Source: Acidimicrobiia bacterium
GTDB lineage: Bacteria > Actinomycetota > Acidimicrobiia > Acidimicrobiales > JAHEJN01
NCBI GenBank assembly: GCA_963854565.1
Contig: CAWKZT010000001.1
Span: 1-35,982, forward strand
Direction of reading: 5' to 3'
DNA: 35,982 nt
Shown: one piece after another, positions 26,452 to 35,982 of the stretch
Layout: each line of letters starts with the position of its first letter
Numbering within the stretch: the first letter of the stretch is position 1
The notes under the pieces: generated by a model
The model's database searches: none
Told to the model about the DNA's origin: nothing
What the model saw: the letters and a program-made list of their open reading frames with translations, nothing else
Position numbers and translations under genes: made by a program

Positions 26452-26589
26452 AGCGAACGAACGTAACCCATCACCGCCGTTGGGGTCGAAACATTCGTGT
26501 CGGTGATGGTGCACTACGGTCAGGGTGGCCGAACTACTATGCCGCCGACTCTCTTGTTGATTTTGACTACCACGGAATAGCTTTACAAC

Positions 26590-28146
26590 ATGTCTGAAAA
26601 TCCTCTGACGGCACAGCTTGCCGATCTTCGTGCTCGCAAGGAAGAAGCAATTCACGCGGGCTCGGAGCGGTCGGTGCAACGTCAACACGACAAGGGCAAG
26701 ATGCTCGCTCGCGAACGCATCGACTATTTGCTTGATCCGGGGTCATTTCACGAGATCGATCAACTTACCCGCCACCGTGCTACCGAAGCTGGACTTCCGG
26801 GCCGTCCCTACACCGACGGCGTAGTCACTGGGTGGGGGACCGTTGACGGGCGAAAAGTGTTCTTGTTCTCGCAGGACTTCACCGTCTTCGGTGGTGCTCT
26901 CGGCGAAATGTTTGCGAGCAAGATTCAGAAGGTCATGGACCTCGCCTTGTCTGTCGGAGCGCCGATGATTGGTCTCAACGATGGTGCCGGTGCCCGCATC
27001 CAGGAGGGTGTGGCCAGTCTCGATAGCTACGGCGGTATTTTTTATCGAAATGTGCAGTCCTCAGGGGTCATTCCGCAGATCAGTGTGGTGCTCGGCCCCT
27101 GTGCGGGTGGCGCGGTTTACAGCCCGGCTATGACCGACTTCATTTTCATGGTGCGCGAACACTCCCATATGTTCATTACTGGCCCCGATGTGGTTAAGGC
27201 GGTCACGGGCGAAGAGGTCACGCTCGAAGAGTTAGGTGGCGCAGGAAGCCACGCTAGTAAGTCGGGCGTCGCCACATTCACCGGCGCCACCGAAGAAGAG
27301 GTCCTCGACGACGTCAAGGTGCTGCTTTCCTTCCTGCCGTCCAACAATGTTGAGGCGCCGCCGGCCATCGAAACAACCGACGATCCCGAACGTCTTTGCC
27401 CCGAACTCAACGATGTTCTTCCCGCAACCTCCAATCAGCCTTACGACATGCGCGACGTCATAAAGTCTGTCGTCGACAACGGCGATTTCTTCGAGTACTT
27501 CCCCAGTTGGGCTCCCAGCATTGTGTGCGGATTTGCTCGTCTTGATGGCCACGTCGTTGGCGTGGTCGGCAACCAACCCCTCGTGCTTGCTGGTGTGCTC
27601 GATATTGAGTCCGCCGAGAAGGCCGCTCGTTTCGTCCGCACCTGCGATGCATTTAATATTCCGCTGTTCACCCTGGTTGATGTGCCCGGTTTCTTGCCGG
27701 GTGTAGATCAAGAACACGGCGGCATTATTCGCCACGGTGCCAAGTTGCTGTACGCCTACTGTGAAGCCACAGTGCCTCGTGTTCAGGTCACGACGCGCAA
27801 GGCCTATGGCGGTGCCTACGTGGTCATGGATTCCAAAGGCGTCGGCTGCGATATCGCCTACGCCTGGCCATCAGCCGAGCTCGCCGTAATGGGCCCACAG
27901 GGTGCGGTCGAGATTCTCAATCGTCGCGAACTCCAGTCAGCCGCCGACCCCGTCGCCAAGAAGGCCGAACTAATCGCCGAGTACACCGCCAAGTTTTCCA
28001 ACCCGTACGTTGCCGCGGAACAGGGCTTCATTGATGACGTAATCGAACCGGCCGATACTCGCCGTAAAGTCATCGCGGCGTTCCGAGTTCTCCGCACCAA
28101 ACACTCCGAGACGCCGCAGCGCAAGCACGGCAACGTCCCGCTGTAG
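26590..28146 (+). CDS. pccB: propionyl-/acyl-CoA carboxylase beta chain (carboxyltransferase)
   Basis: The pattern is typical of PccB/AccD5 throughout: KGKMLARERIDYLLDPGSF, FSQDFTVFGGALGE, and GGIIRHGAKLLYAYCEATVPRV. Confidence 0.9.
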   Translation: MSENPLTAQLADLRARKEEAIHAGSERSVQRQHDKGKMLARERIDYLLDPGSFHEIDQLTRHRATEAGLPGRPYTDGVVTGWGTVDGRKVFLFSQDFTVFGGALGEMFASKIQKVMDLALSVGAPMIGLNDGAGARIQEGVASLDSYGGIFYRNVQSSGVIPQISVVLGPCAGGAVYSPAMTDFIFMVREHSHMFITGPDVVKAVTGEEVTLEELGGAGSHASKSGVATFTGATEEEVLDDVKVLLSFLPSNNVEAPPAIETTDDPERLCPELNDVLPATSNQPYDMRDVIKSVVDNGDFFEYFPSWAPSIVCGFARLDGHVVGVVGNQPLVLAGVLDIESAEKAARFVRTCDAFNIPLFTLVDVPGFLPGVDQEHGGIIRHGAKLLYAYCEATVPRVQVTTRKAYGGAYVVMDSKGVGCDIAYAWPSAELAVMGPQGAVEILNRRELQSAADPVAKKAELIAEYTAKFSNPYVAAEQGFIDDVIEPADTRRKVIAAFRVLRTKHSETPQRKHGNVPL

Positions 28147-28158
28147 CAGACTGTCGAT

Positions 28159-28338
28159 ATGGCAACCGCTGCGGTAGATCCCGCTGATGTAACAATCACC
28201 CCTACGCCGACCGCCGACGAACTAACGGCGATTCTCAAGGCGTACACCGAACTCTGGCCATCTGAGGCCGCAACACTTGATCCCAACGAAGGAATCCAAT
28301 GGCGTTTCTCCGGCCGCTGGTGGAACCGCCCGCGCTAA
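28159..28338 (+). CDS. acyl-CoA carboxylase epsilon subunit (AccE/PccE-like), 59 aa
   Basis: Absent from the ORF track, apparently for being under 60 aa. My translation is MATAAVDPADVTITPTPTADELTAILKAYTELWPSEAATLDPNEGIQWRFSGRWWNRPR. The position directly after the beta-chain gene and the W-x-FSGRWW C-terminus match epsilon subunits. Confidence 0.7.
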   Translation: MATAAVDPADVTITPTPTADELTAILKAYTELWPSEAATLDPNEGIQWRFSGRWWNRPR

Positions 28339-28362
28339 CCATGGTGTACCAGGTAAACGTTT

Positions 28363-30132
28363 GTGATTAAACAAGTGATTAAAAGACTTTTGCGACGGCG
28401 CATGGGGCAAATGGCAATTGCCATCGTGCTTTGCGTTGTGTTAGGCGTAGTGGCTGGCATGGCCGCCATAGTGATTGACCAAGAGCGCGTCGCCGAAAAC
28501 TGGGTTGGCGTGACCGTTAGCGGTAACTCCGCCCAGATTCACGAAGTCATCGACTATGACTTCGGCTCGCCCTCCAAGCACGGCATCTTCCGTGATGTGC
28601 CCGGCCTCGACCCAAGTGCACCGATAGCGGTCTTCTCGTTGACCGCGCCGAGCCAGTTCGAGGTGATTGAGTTACCCAGCGAGACCCGGATCAAGATCGG
28701 CGATCCTGATCGCACGATCAATGGCCGCCATCGCTACACCATTGACTACCCGCTCAAACAGATAGTCGTTGGCGACACCTTTGACTTCAACGTTGTCGGC
28801 ACCGATTGGACCGTGCCGATCCAACACACCGAAACGCACATCGTGGCCGACCGCGAATTTACCGAATTCGTCTGCCAACAAGGAACCACCGGTTCGACGG
28901 ACGCCTGCGAGATCAGCCAAGTTGGTGCCGGTCACTTGATGGTGACCGTCGGCAAACTTGCAGCCGGCGAAGCGGTAACAATCCGCACCACGCTCGGTGC
29001 GACGCTACCGGCGACGCCAGTACTGCCCGCCGGCCCATCGGGCCCAGTAAATGATCCGGGGCATGGGTTCCTGCTGCCCGGTATCGCCGCTCTGGTTGCC
29101 TCACTGAGCACCATCATCTTGGGTGCTAGTTGGGTTCGTCGAGCCGGGCGCGAAGAAGTAGTGGCGGGAGCCGCCGCTGCGGCCGCCTACCCGTTGCCGG
29201 GCATGGCCATGCAACGACTCACCGAGCATGAGATGTACGACCTCACGACCATCGAGTTCTCCCCTCCATCGGAGATCAGTGCGGTCACTGGCGCCATCAT
29301 CATTGAAGAAGACGTGCCTCAGCGAGTCACCTCGGCCTGGTTGCTAGAGGCAGCGCTTCGCAAGGAGGTCGTGCTTGATACCGGAACGACAAAGAACGGC
29401 GACCCCATCTTGCGACGTGGTCCAACGGCGGCAAGTGAGCCCGTCGAGCGGGTACTCAGTCGCATGTTCGGTGGCCGCGAAGAAGTCAATCTCGGAAGCT
29501 ACGACAGCACCTTCAAGTATGGCGCTGACGGTCTTATCAGTGATCTCCAGGACTGGTACCGATCCAGCTCGCTTTGGAATGCTGATGGCGACAAGACGAA
29601 GCTGCGCATGCAAGCGATTGCCATTGTGATCATGATTGGCGGCATCGGCGGGGTGGTCGTGGCCTCGGCTGTCGGCAACTGGACTGGTGGGCCGTGGGTC
29701 GTCCTGGTAGCGGTGGGAGCACTGGCGGCTGGATTTGGTTTCGGAGCGCTCGCATCGGCACGCGAGTTGCGGGTGCGCACCGTCGAAGGCAGTGCGTTGT
29801 GGTTACGGATCGAATCGTTCCGCAAATTTCTGCACGACAGTGACTCCCACCACATTGAAGCGGCGGCCGAAATGGGGCTACTTCGTCAGTACACCGCTTG
29901 GGCTATTGCGCTCGATGAGACCTCGGCATGGACCAAGGCAATCGAGCAAACGGCCAAGGGCAATGCCGAGTTCGGCAATCGCTACGCCGCCGATATTTTT
30001 TTCATCGGTGGTGCCGGTCGCTTTGCCAGCTCGGTTTCGAGCAGTGCGACTGCCCCCTCGCCAAGTGGGAGTGGTTCCAGCGGCGGTGGCGCCGGTGGTG
30101 GCGGTGGTGGCGGCGGCGGAGGCAGCTGGTAG
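28363..30132 (+). CDS. DUF2207 domain membrane protein with poly-Gly C-terminal tail
   Basis: N-terminal TM, an extracytoplasmic domain, central and C-terminal TM segments, and the tail SGSGSSGGGAGGGGGGGGGGSW typical of DUF2207. The start is ambiguous among GTG 28363, ATG 28402 and ATG 28411. Confidence 0.8.
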   Translation: MIKQVIKRLLRRRMGQMAIAIVLCVVLGVVAGMAAIVIDQERVAENWVGVTVSGNSAQIHEVIDYDFGSPSKHGIFRDVPGLDPSAPIAVFSLTAPSQFEVIELPSETRIKIGDPDRTINGRHRYTIDYPLKQIVVGDTFDFNVVGTDWTVPIQHTETHIVADREFTEFVCQQGTTGSTDACEISQVGAGHLMVTVGKLAAGEAVTIRTTLGATLPATPVLPAGPSGPVNDPGHGFLLPGIAALVASLSTIILGASWVRRAGREEVVAGAAAAAAYPLPGMAMQRLTEHEMYDLTTIEFSPPSEISAVTGAIIIEEDVPQRVTSAWLLEAALRKEVVLDTGTTKNGDPILRRGPTAASEPVERVLSRMFGGREEVNLGSYDSTFKYGADGLISDLQDWYRSSSLWNADGDKTKLRMQAIAIVIMIGGIGGVVVASAVGNWTGGPWVVLVAVGALAAGFGFGALASARELRVRTVEGSALWLRIESFRKFLHDSDSHHIEAAAEMGLLRQYTAWAIALDETSAWTKAIEQTAKGNAEFGNRYAADIFFIGGAGRFASSVSSSATAPSPSGSGSSGGGAGGGGGGGGGGSW

Positions 30133-30232
30133 CTAGTTGCCCGCGTGCCGCGGCGTAGGTGCCGCCGAGCGGCGGCCACTCATTTCGGATTTGAAGCGAA
30201 GCAGGTCACATGGCCTATGCGTTGCGAATAGA

Positions 30233-30898
30233 TCATGTATCCCACTGGCTTGGCAATGGCGTCTGAAGCACGGCTTGGAGTCGGTTGAGGTAGGCCGGAC
30301 GGGTAATTTCAGTAGCGCCGAGCGTGCCAAGGTGTTCGGTGAACCATTGGGTGTCGATCAGACGGTCTCGGCCGTCGTTGATCACATCGGCCAGATGCAT
30401 GAGGGCTACTTTGCTGGCGTCAGTAACGGTGTGAAACATTGACTCGCCCGCGAAAAGGCCACCAATGGCAATCCCGTACAACCCACCAACGAGTTTGCCG
30501 TTTTGCCAGGTCTCGATGCTGTGTGCCCAGCCCATACGGTGCAGTCGGATATAGCTGGCCACGATGTCATCAGAAATCCAGCCGCCCGGACGGGCCTGGC
30601 TACGGCATTGCTCGATAACTGTGTCGAATGAGGTATCGATTCGAACGTCAAATCGTTTCGCCGCTTGGCGCATCGAACGAGTGATTCGCAGGTCAGCCAA
30701 CTCGATCACGCCTCGTGGGTCGGGTGACCACCATGCAGTAACGCTCTCTTGACCCACTGGCATTGGGAATAACCCATGGCAGTATGCGCCCAGCACCGTT
30801 CCTGGATCTAGGTCAGCTCCAACCCCAACCATGCCCTCCTCATCGGCCGTGGAGACAGATGGGAACATCCATGTCGACGGGGGAGGAATGACCGGCAT
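30233..30898 (-). CDS. aat: leucyl/phenylalanyl-tRNA--protein transferase
   Basis: LGAYCHGLFPMP, WWSPDPRGV, ITRSMRQ, AHSIETW and GGLYGIAIGGLFAGESMFH align well with E. coli Aat as I recall it. Confidence 0.9.
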   Translation of the reverse strand: MPVIPPPSTWMFPSVSTADEEGMVGVGADLDPGTVLGAYCHGLFPMPVGQESVTAWWSPDPRGVIELADLRITRSMRQAAKRFDVRIDTSFDTVIEQCRSQARPGGWISDDIVASYIRLHRMGWAHSIETWQNGKLVGGLYGIAIGGLFAGESMFHTVTDASKVALMHLADVINDGRDRLIDTQWFTEHLGTLGATEITRPAYLNRLQAVLQTPLPSQWDT

Positions 30899-30946
30899 GG
30901 GAAAATCCTACGGGCATGTCGACGGATAGCTGTTGAAGGAAGAGGT

Positions 30947-31513
30947 ATGGTCACAGCGATGGCTTCGCCAATTCCTGGATTTCCAGATCTGACCCGCGCA
31001 GCACGTTCAGCTTTTCGTTTTGAGGCTGCGGAGCTTTTCGTTCAAGCCCATGGCCGAGTGCTCGATGTATCTCCGGTGAGTGTGGAGTCGGCACTATCTT
31101 CCGTGGATTCCTATCAACATCATCCCGATTCCCTCGACGGGGCCGACGGTACCTACGACACCGTAATTTCTGTGCTGCGGTCGACTGTTGAAGGGTCCTT
31201 ATCGGACCTCGCTAGCGAACTGGCTCGACTCGTTGCCCCTGATGGCCGGTTGCTGTTCATTGAACCAACGCGAACCAATGGGATCACCGGTCGGGTGCAG
31301 CGATTTGGCCGGGTAGCCACACGAATCTCTGCTCAGTTGCGACTCCATACCGGATTTCGCATAGCGCTGTGGCGCGCCGGACTAAGCGTCATCGAAGTTG
31401 AACGCAAAGAGTTGCCCCGCGCTTGGCCACTGACCTCGGTAGCAGTAGGTGTGGCAATTCCTAGCCCAAAAATGCCCGACGGCGACATGCCGACAAGCTT
31501 TGGGGTTGGCTAG
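30947..31513 (+). CDS. hypothetical protein, class I methyltransferase-like fold with degenerate SAM motif
   Basis: RVLDVSPVS stands where VLDxGxGxG is expected, and LVAPDGRLLFIEP is post-motif-II-like. The assignment is weak. Confidence 0.45.
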   Translation: MVTAMASPIPGFPDLTRAARSAFRFEAAELFVQAHGRVLDVSPVSVESALSSVDSYQHHPDSLDGADGTYDTVISVLRSTVEGSLSDLASELARLVAPDGRLLFIEPTRTNGITGRVQRFGRVATRISAQLRLHTGFRIALWRAGLSVIEVERKELPRAWPLTSVAVGVAIPSPKMPDGDMPTSFGVG

Positions 31514-32331
31514 TTGCCGGCGATGGTGACGGAGTCGACGGTCACGGTACGGATGGGTTGCCCGCCGGTGAGCGAACCCTGAACAGCTTCGTGCAGGTCG
31601 AGGATCGATTCCAATACATCTAGGCCAGACGTTACGGTGCCGAACACCACGAAATCGCCCTGGGTGTCGAGCGCGTCGGCCTTGTCGGTCACAGTAAAGA
31701 AGTAACGGCTACCCGCACTGTCGTCTTCGGCGCCACGGGACATCACAAGTTGTCCGGCCCGGTAGCTAAAGCCGCTGGCCTCATCAGGAATGGTGTATCC
31801 CGGGCCAGGATCGTCGGCGTCATTCGTCCGAGCGCCTGACTCGATAAGCCCGGCAAGAGGGTCGGTCCGGAAGACCTCGAGTCCGTCGTAGTAACCGCTG
31901 CGGGCGAGATTGACGAAGTTGTTGGTGGTGCCAGCGGTGCCGTCCGTGTTGAGATCGACGGTGATGACACCTTCGCTTGTTTCGAAGGTGGCCTGCAGGG
32001 TTTCGCCGGATGTGATGCAACGCTGCGGAGCGCTGTCGAATGACGTAGCCCCGGTATTGGCAGTGGAACATTCGCTGTCGCCGAAGTCGGAATTAATAAA
32101 CGTGACGTAGTTGACGTTGACTTGGGTGCTATCTACTACATCGTCGGTGCCCAATAGCAGGTAAACGAGCACGAAGGAACCAACAACAGCTCCGAGGATC
32201 CATCCGAATCGGCTGAAAGCCTGGTTACGCTTTTTGCGAACACGGACCTCTTGCGCGGCTTGACGCCGAGCTTCAGTGGTTGACTTGGTTTCTTTGGCTG
32301 CCTTTTGGCGAGCGCGTTTCTCATTGGCCAT
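31510..32331 (-). CDS. membrane-anchored cyclophilin-type peptidyl-prolyl cis-trans isomerase
   Basis: Basic N-terminus plus one TM (WILGAVVGSFVLVYLLL). The cyclophilin domain has FETSEGVITVDL, TTNNFVNLARSGYYDGLEVFR, GPGYTIPDE, and FVVFGTVTSGLDVLESI. Confidence 0.85.
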   Translation of the reverse strand: MANEKRARQKAAKETKSTTEARRQAAQEVRVRKKRNQAFSRFGWILGAVVGSFVLVYLLLGTDDVVDSTQVNVNYVTFINSDFGDSECSTANTGATSFDSAPQRCITSGETLQATFETSEGVITVDLNTDGTAGTTNNFVNLARSGYYDGLEVFRTDPLAGLIESGARTNDADDPGPGYTIPDEASGFSYRAGQLVMSRGAEDDSAGSRYFFTVTDKADALDTQGDFVVFGTVTSGLDVLESILDLHEAVQGSLTGGQPIRTVTVDSVTIAGN

Positions 32332-32392
32332 CGCAGCAACGGTAACGAATTACTGTGCCGATAGCACGGGGGACAGTTACTGTGAATGGTCT

Positions 32393-33616
32393 ATGCGGCT
32401 CGTTGTCCAAAAATTTGGTGGTTCATCCGTTGCCAACGTCGACCGCATCCGCGAGGTTGCCCAGTCGGTCAAGCGTGCACTACGTCGCGGCGATCGCGTT
32501 GTTGTCGTTGTTTCGGCTATGGGTAAAGAGACCGACGAGCTGTTGCGGCTCGCCAACGAAGTCTCCAGCACCCACCCTGGTCGTGAGATGGACATGCTCA
32601 TCACAGCTGGCGAACGCAAGTCGATAGCGTTGGTGTGCATGGCATTGCACGACATTGGTATACCCGCTGACAGTTTCACGGGGTCGCAAGCGGGGTTCAT
32701 CACCGATACCAATCATCGCAACGCCAAGATTCTCGAAATTAACCCCATCCGTGTCCAAGCATCACTCGATGCTGGACGAGTTGTTGTATTGGCTGGCGCC
32801 CAGGGTGTATCCACAGATAGGGATGTCACTTTTCTCGGACGTGGGGGAAGCGATACCACAGCCGTTGCCATCGCTAAGGCACTAGATGCCGACCTTTGTG
32901 AGCTCTATACCGATGTAACCGGCGTCTACACCACCGATCCGCGTATGGTCGGGAACGCTCGCAAGATGGATCGCATCTCTTTTTCGGAAATGTTGGAAAT
33001 GACCGCGGTGGGCTGCCCGAAGCCCGTTATGCGAGCCGTCGAAGTTGCCAGTCGATTCGGCGTGCGCTTGCACGTTCGTTCGGCCTTTACCTGGGGCGAT
33101 GGCACGCTCGTAGTCCCGGAGGACGAAATTATGGAACAAGCAATCGTCAAGGCCGTGGTGCCCGACTTGTCGGAGGCCAAGATCACCGTCTCGGGGGTGG
33201 CAGACAAACCTGGGATAGCGGCGCGTTTGTTCCGTGCGTTGGCCGATGCCGATGCCAACGTCGACATGATCGTGCAGAACACGTCCGACGCTGGCATCAC
33301 CGATATCTCCTTTACGGTGCCACACGAAGATTTACGTATTGCCACGAGCACGTGCGAACAGTTCCAGGCCGATGTCGGTGCCACCAGTGTTAAGGCCGAC
33401 TCATCGATTGCCCGTGTATCGGTGGTAGGTGCGGGTATGAAATCGAACCCTGGTGTTGCCGCCACGATGTTCGAGACGCTGGCTGCCAACGGCATCAACA
33501 TCGAGATGATCTCCACCTCACCAATTAGGGTTAGCTGCGTGGTTGCGGAATCCGATATCGACAAGGCCGTTAACGTCTTGCATGATGTTTATGGCCTAGC
33601 CGAAAGCGACGGCTAG
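32393..33616 (+). CDS. lysC: aspartate kinase
   Basis: MRLVVQKFGGSSVAN, VVVVSAMGKETDELL, LGRGGSDTTAVA, and two C-terminal ACT domains. I prefer the ATG at 32393 over the track start at 32276, which would overlap the divergent PPIase gene. Confidence 0.92.
   Translation: MRLVVQKFGGSSVANVDRIREVAQSVKRALRRGDRVVVVVSAMGKETDELLRLANEVSSTHPGREMDMLITAGERKSIALVCMALHDIGIPADSFTGSQAGFITDTNHRNAKILEINPIRVQASLDAGRVVVLAGAQGVSTDRDVTFLGRGGSDTTAVAIAKALDADLCELYTDVTGVYTTDPRMVGNARKMDRISFSEMLEMTAVGCPKPVMRAVEVASRFGVRLHVRSAFTWGDGTLVVPEDEIMEQAIVKAVVPDLSEAKITVSGVADKPGIAARLFRALADADANVDMIVQNTSDAGITDISFTVPHEDLRIATSTCEQFQADVGATSVKADSSIARVSVVGAGMKSNPGVAATMFETLAANGINIEMISTSPIRVSCVVAESDIDKAVNVLHDVYGLAESDG
33118..33133 (+). promoter_or_regulatory. 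internal in-frame RBS (GGAGGA) plus ATG for a putative aspartate kinase beta subunit
   Basis: GGAGGA at 33118..33123, a 7-nt spacer, then ATG at 33131 in frame with lysC. This gives MEQAIVKAVVPDLSEAKITV, the position where Corynebacterium and Mycobacterium lysC-beta starts. Confidence 0.5.
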
Positions 33617-33717
33617 GCGGGACTGGTCGCGAACCACCTCGGGCACGAGGTGGCGGTCGTTTCTCAGCAGCGGTCCGTTCGCGCCGCGATTTGATGGGTC
33701 AATAAACCGCGGGCTAA

Positions 33718-35982
<2,265 letters not shown>

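Noticed and set aside
26554-26589. TTGACT ... TACAAC promoter-like hexamers directly upstream of pccB.
   Set aside because: The spacer is only about 15 nt and the -10-like hexamer abuts the ATG. The predicted transcript start would therefore fall inside the coding sequence, which is not supportable by eye.
30079-30126. GGT/GGC-rich run, considered as a possible slippage-prone simple repeat or contingency locus.
   Set aside because: It encodes the poly-Gly tail that is a normal feature of DUF2207-family C-termini. It is imperfect at the nucleotide level.

Overview
Gene-dense, GC-rich chromosomal window with an actinobacterial flavour: DUF222-HNH, accD/accE-type carboxylase pair, ask-asd, DUF3516 helicase. 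Assignment to a streamlined Acidimicrobiia-like lineage is inference only. I support about 34 protein-coding genes on both strands. I saw no rRNA, tRNA, CRISPR array, transposase or obvious transcription-factor gene. Content is mostly housekeeping and lipid or central metabolism: a pyruvate carboxylase 3' end, two acyl-CoA ligases, thiolase, SDR, nitronate monooxygenase, propionyl/acyl-CoA carboxylase beta plus epsilon, epoxide hydrolase, LOG, Aat, ask-asd and two cyclophilins. There are also several envelope proteins: three IAAAC-lipobox lipoproteins, an M23 peptidase, DUF2207 and DUF3179. The most interesting signal is at 5120..6016 (minus strand). The track's two ORFs (5504..6016 and 5120..5485) are one reading frame, interrupted only by a TGA at the position of the redox-active Cys/Sec of GrdB-family reductases (VPF-U-PVC). 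A 7-bp hairpin with a GU-containing apical loop follows 10 nt downstream. This makes it a candidate selenoprotein with a SECIS element. It sits in an uncharacterised co-directional cluster of acyl-CoA ligase, ABM monooxygenase, GrdB-like protein and acyl-CoA ligase. Other notable items are listed below.
- A 5'-3' exonuclease, GNAT and HD three-domain fusion.
- A lipoprotein built from four Cys4 repeats.
- Two real genes missing from the ORF track: a 59-aa AccE-like subunit, and a lipoprotein-cyclophilin that runs off the right edge.
- Decayed ccdA and tlpA-like remnants.
- Extreme gene packing, with convergent genes sharing CTAG stop codons.
All family assignments come from motif recognition by eye. 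No searches were run.
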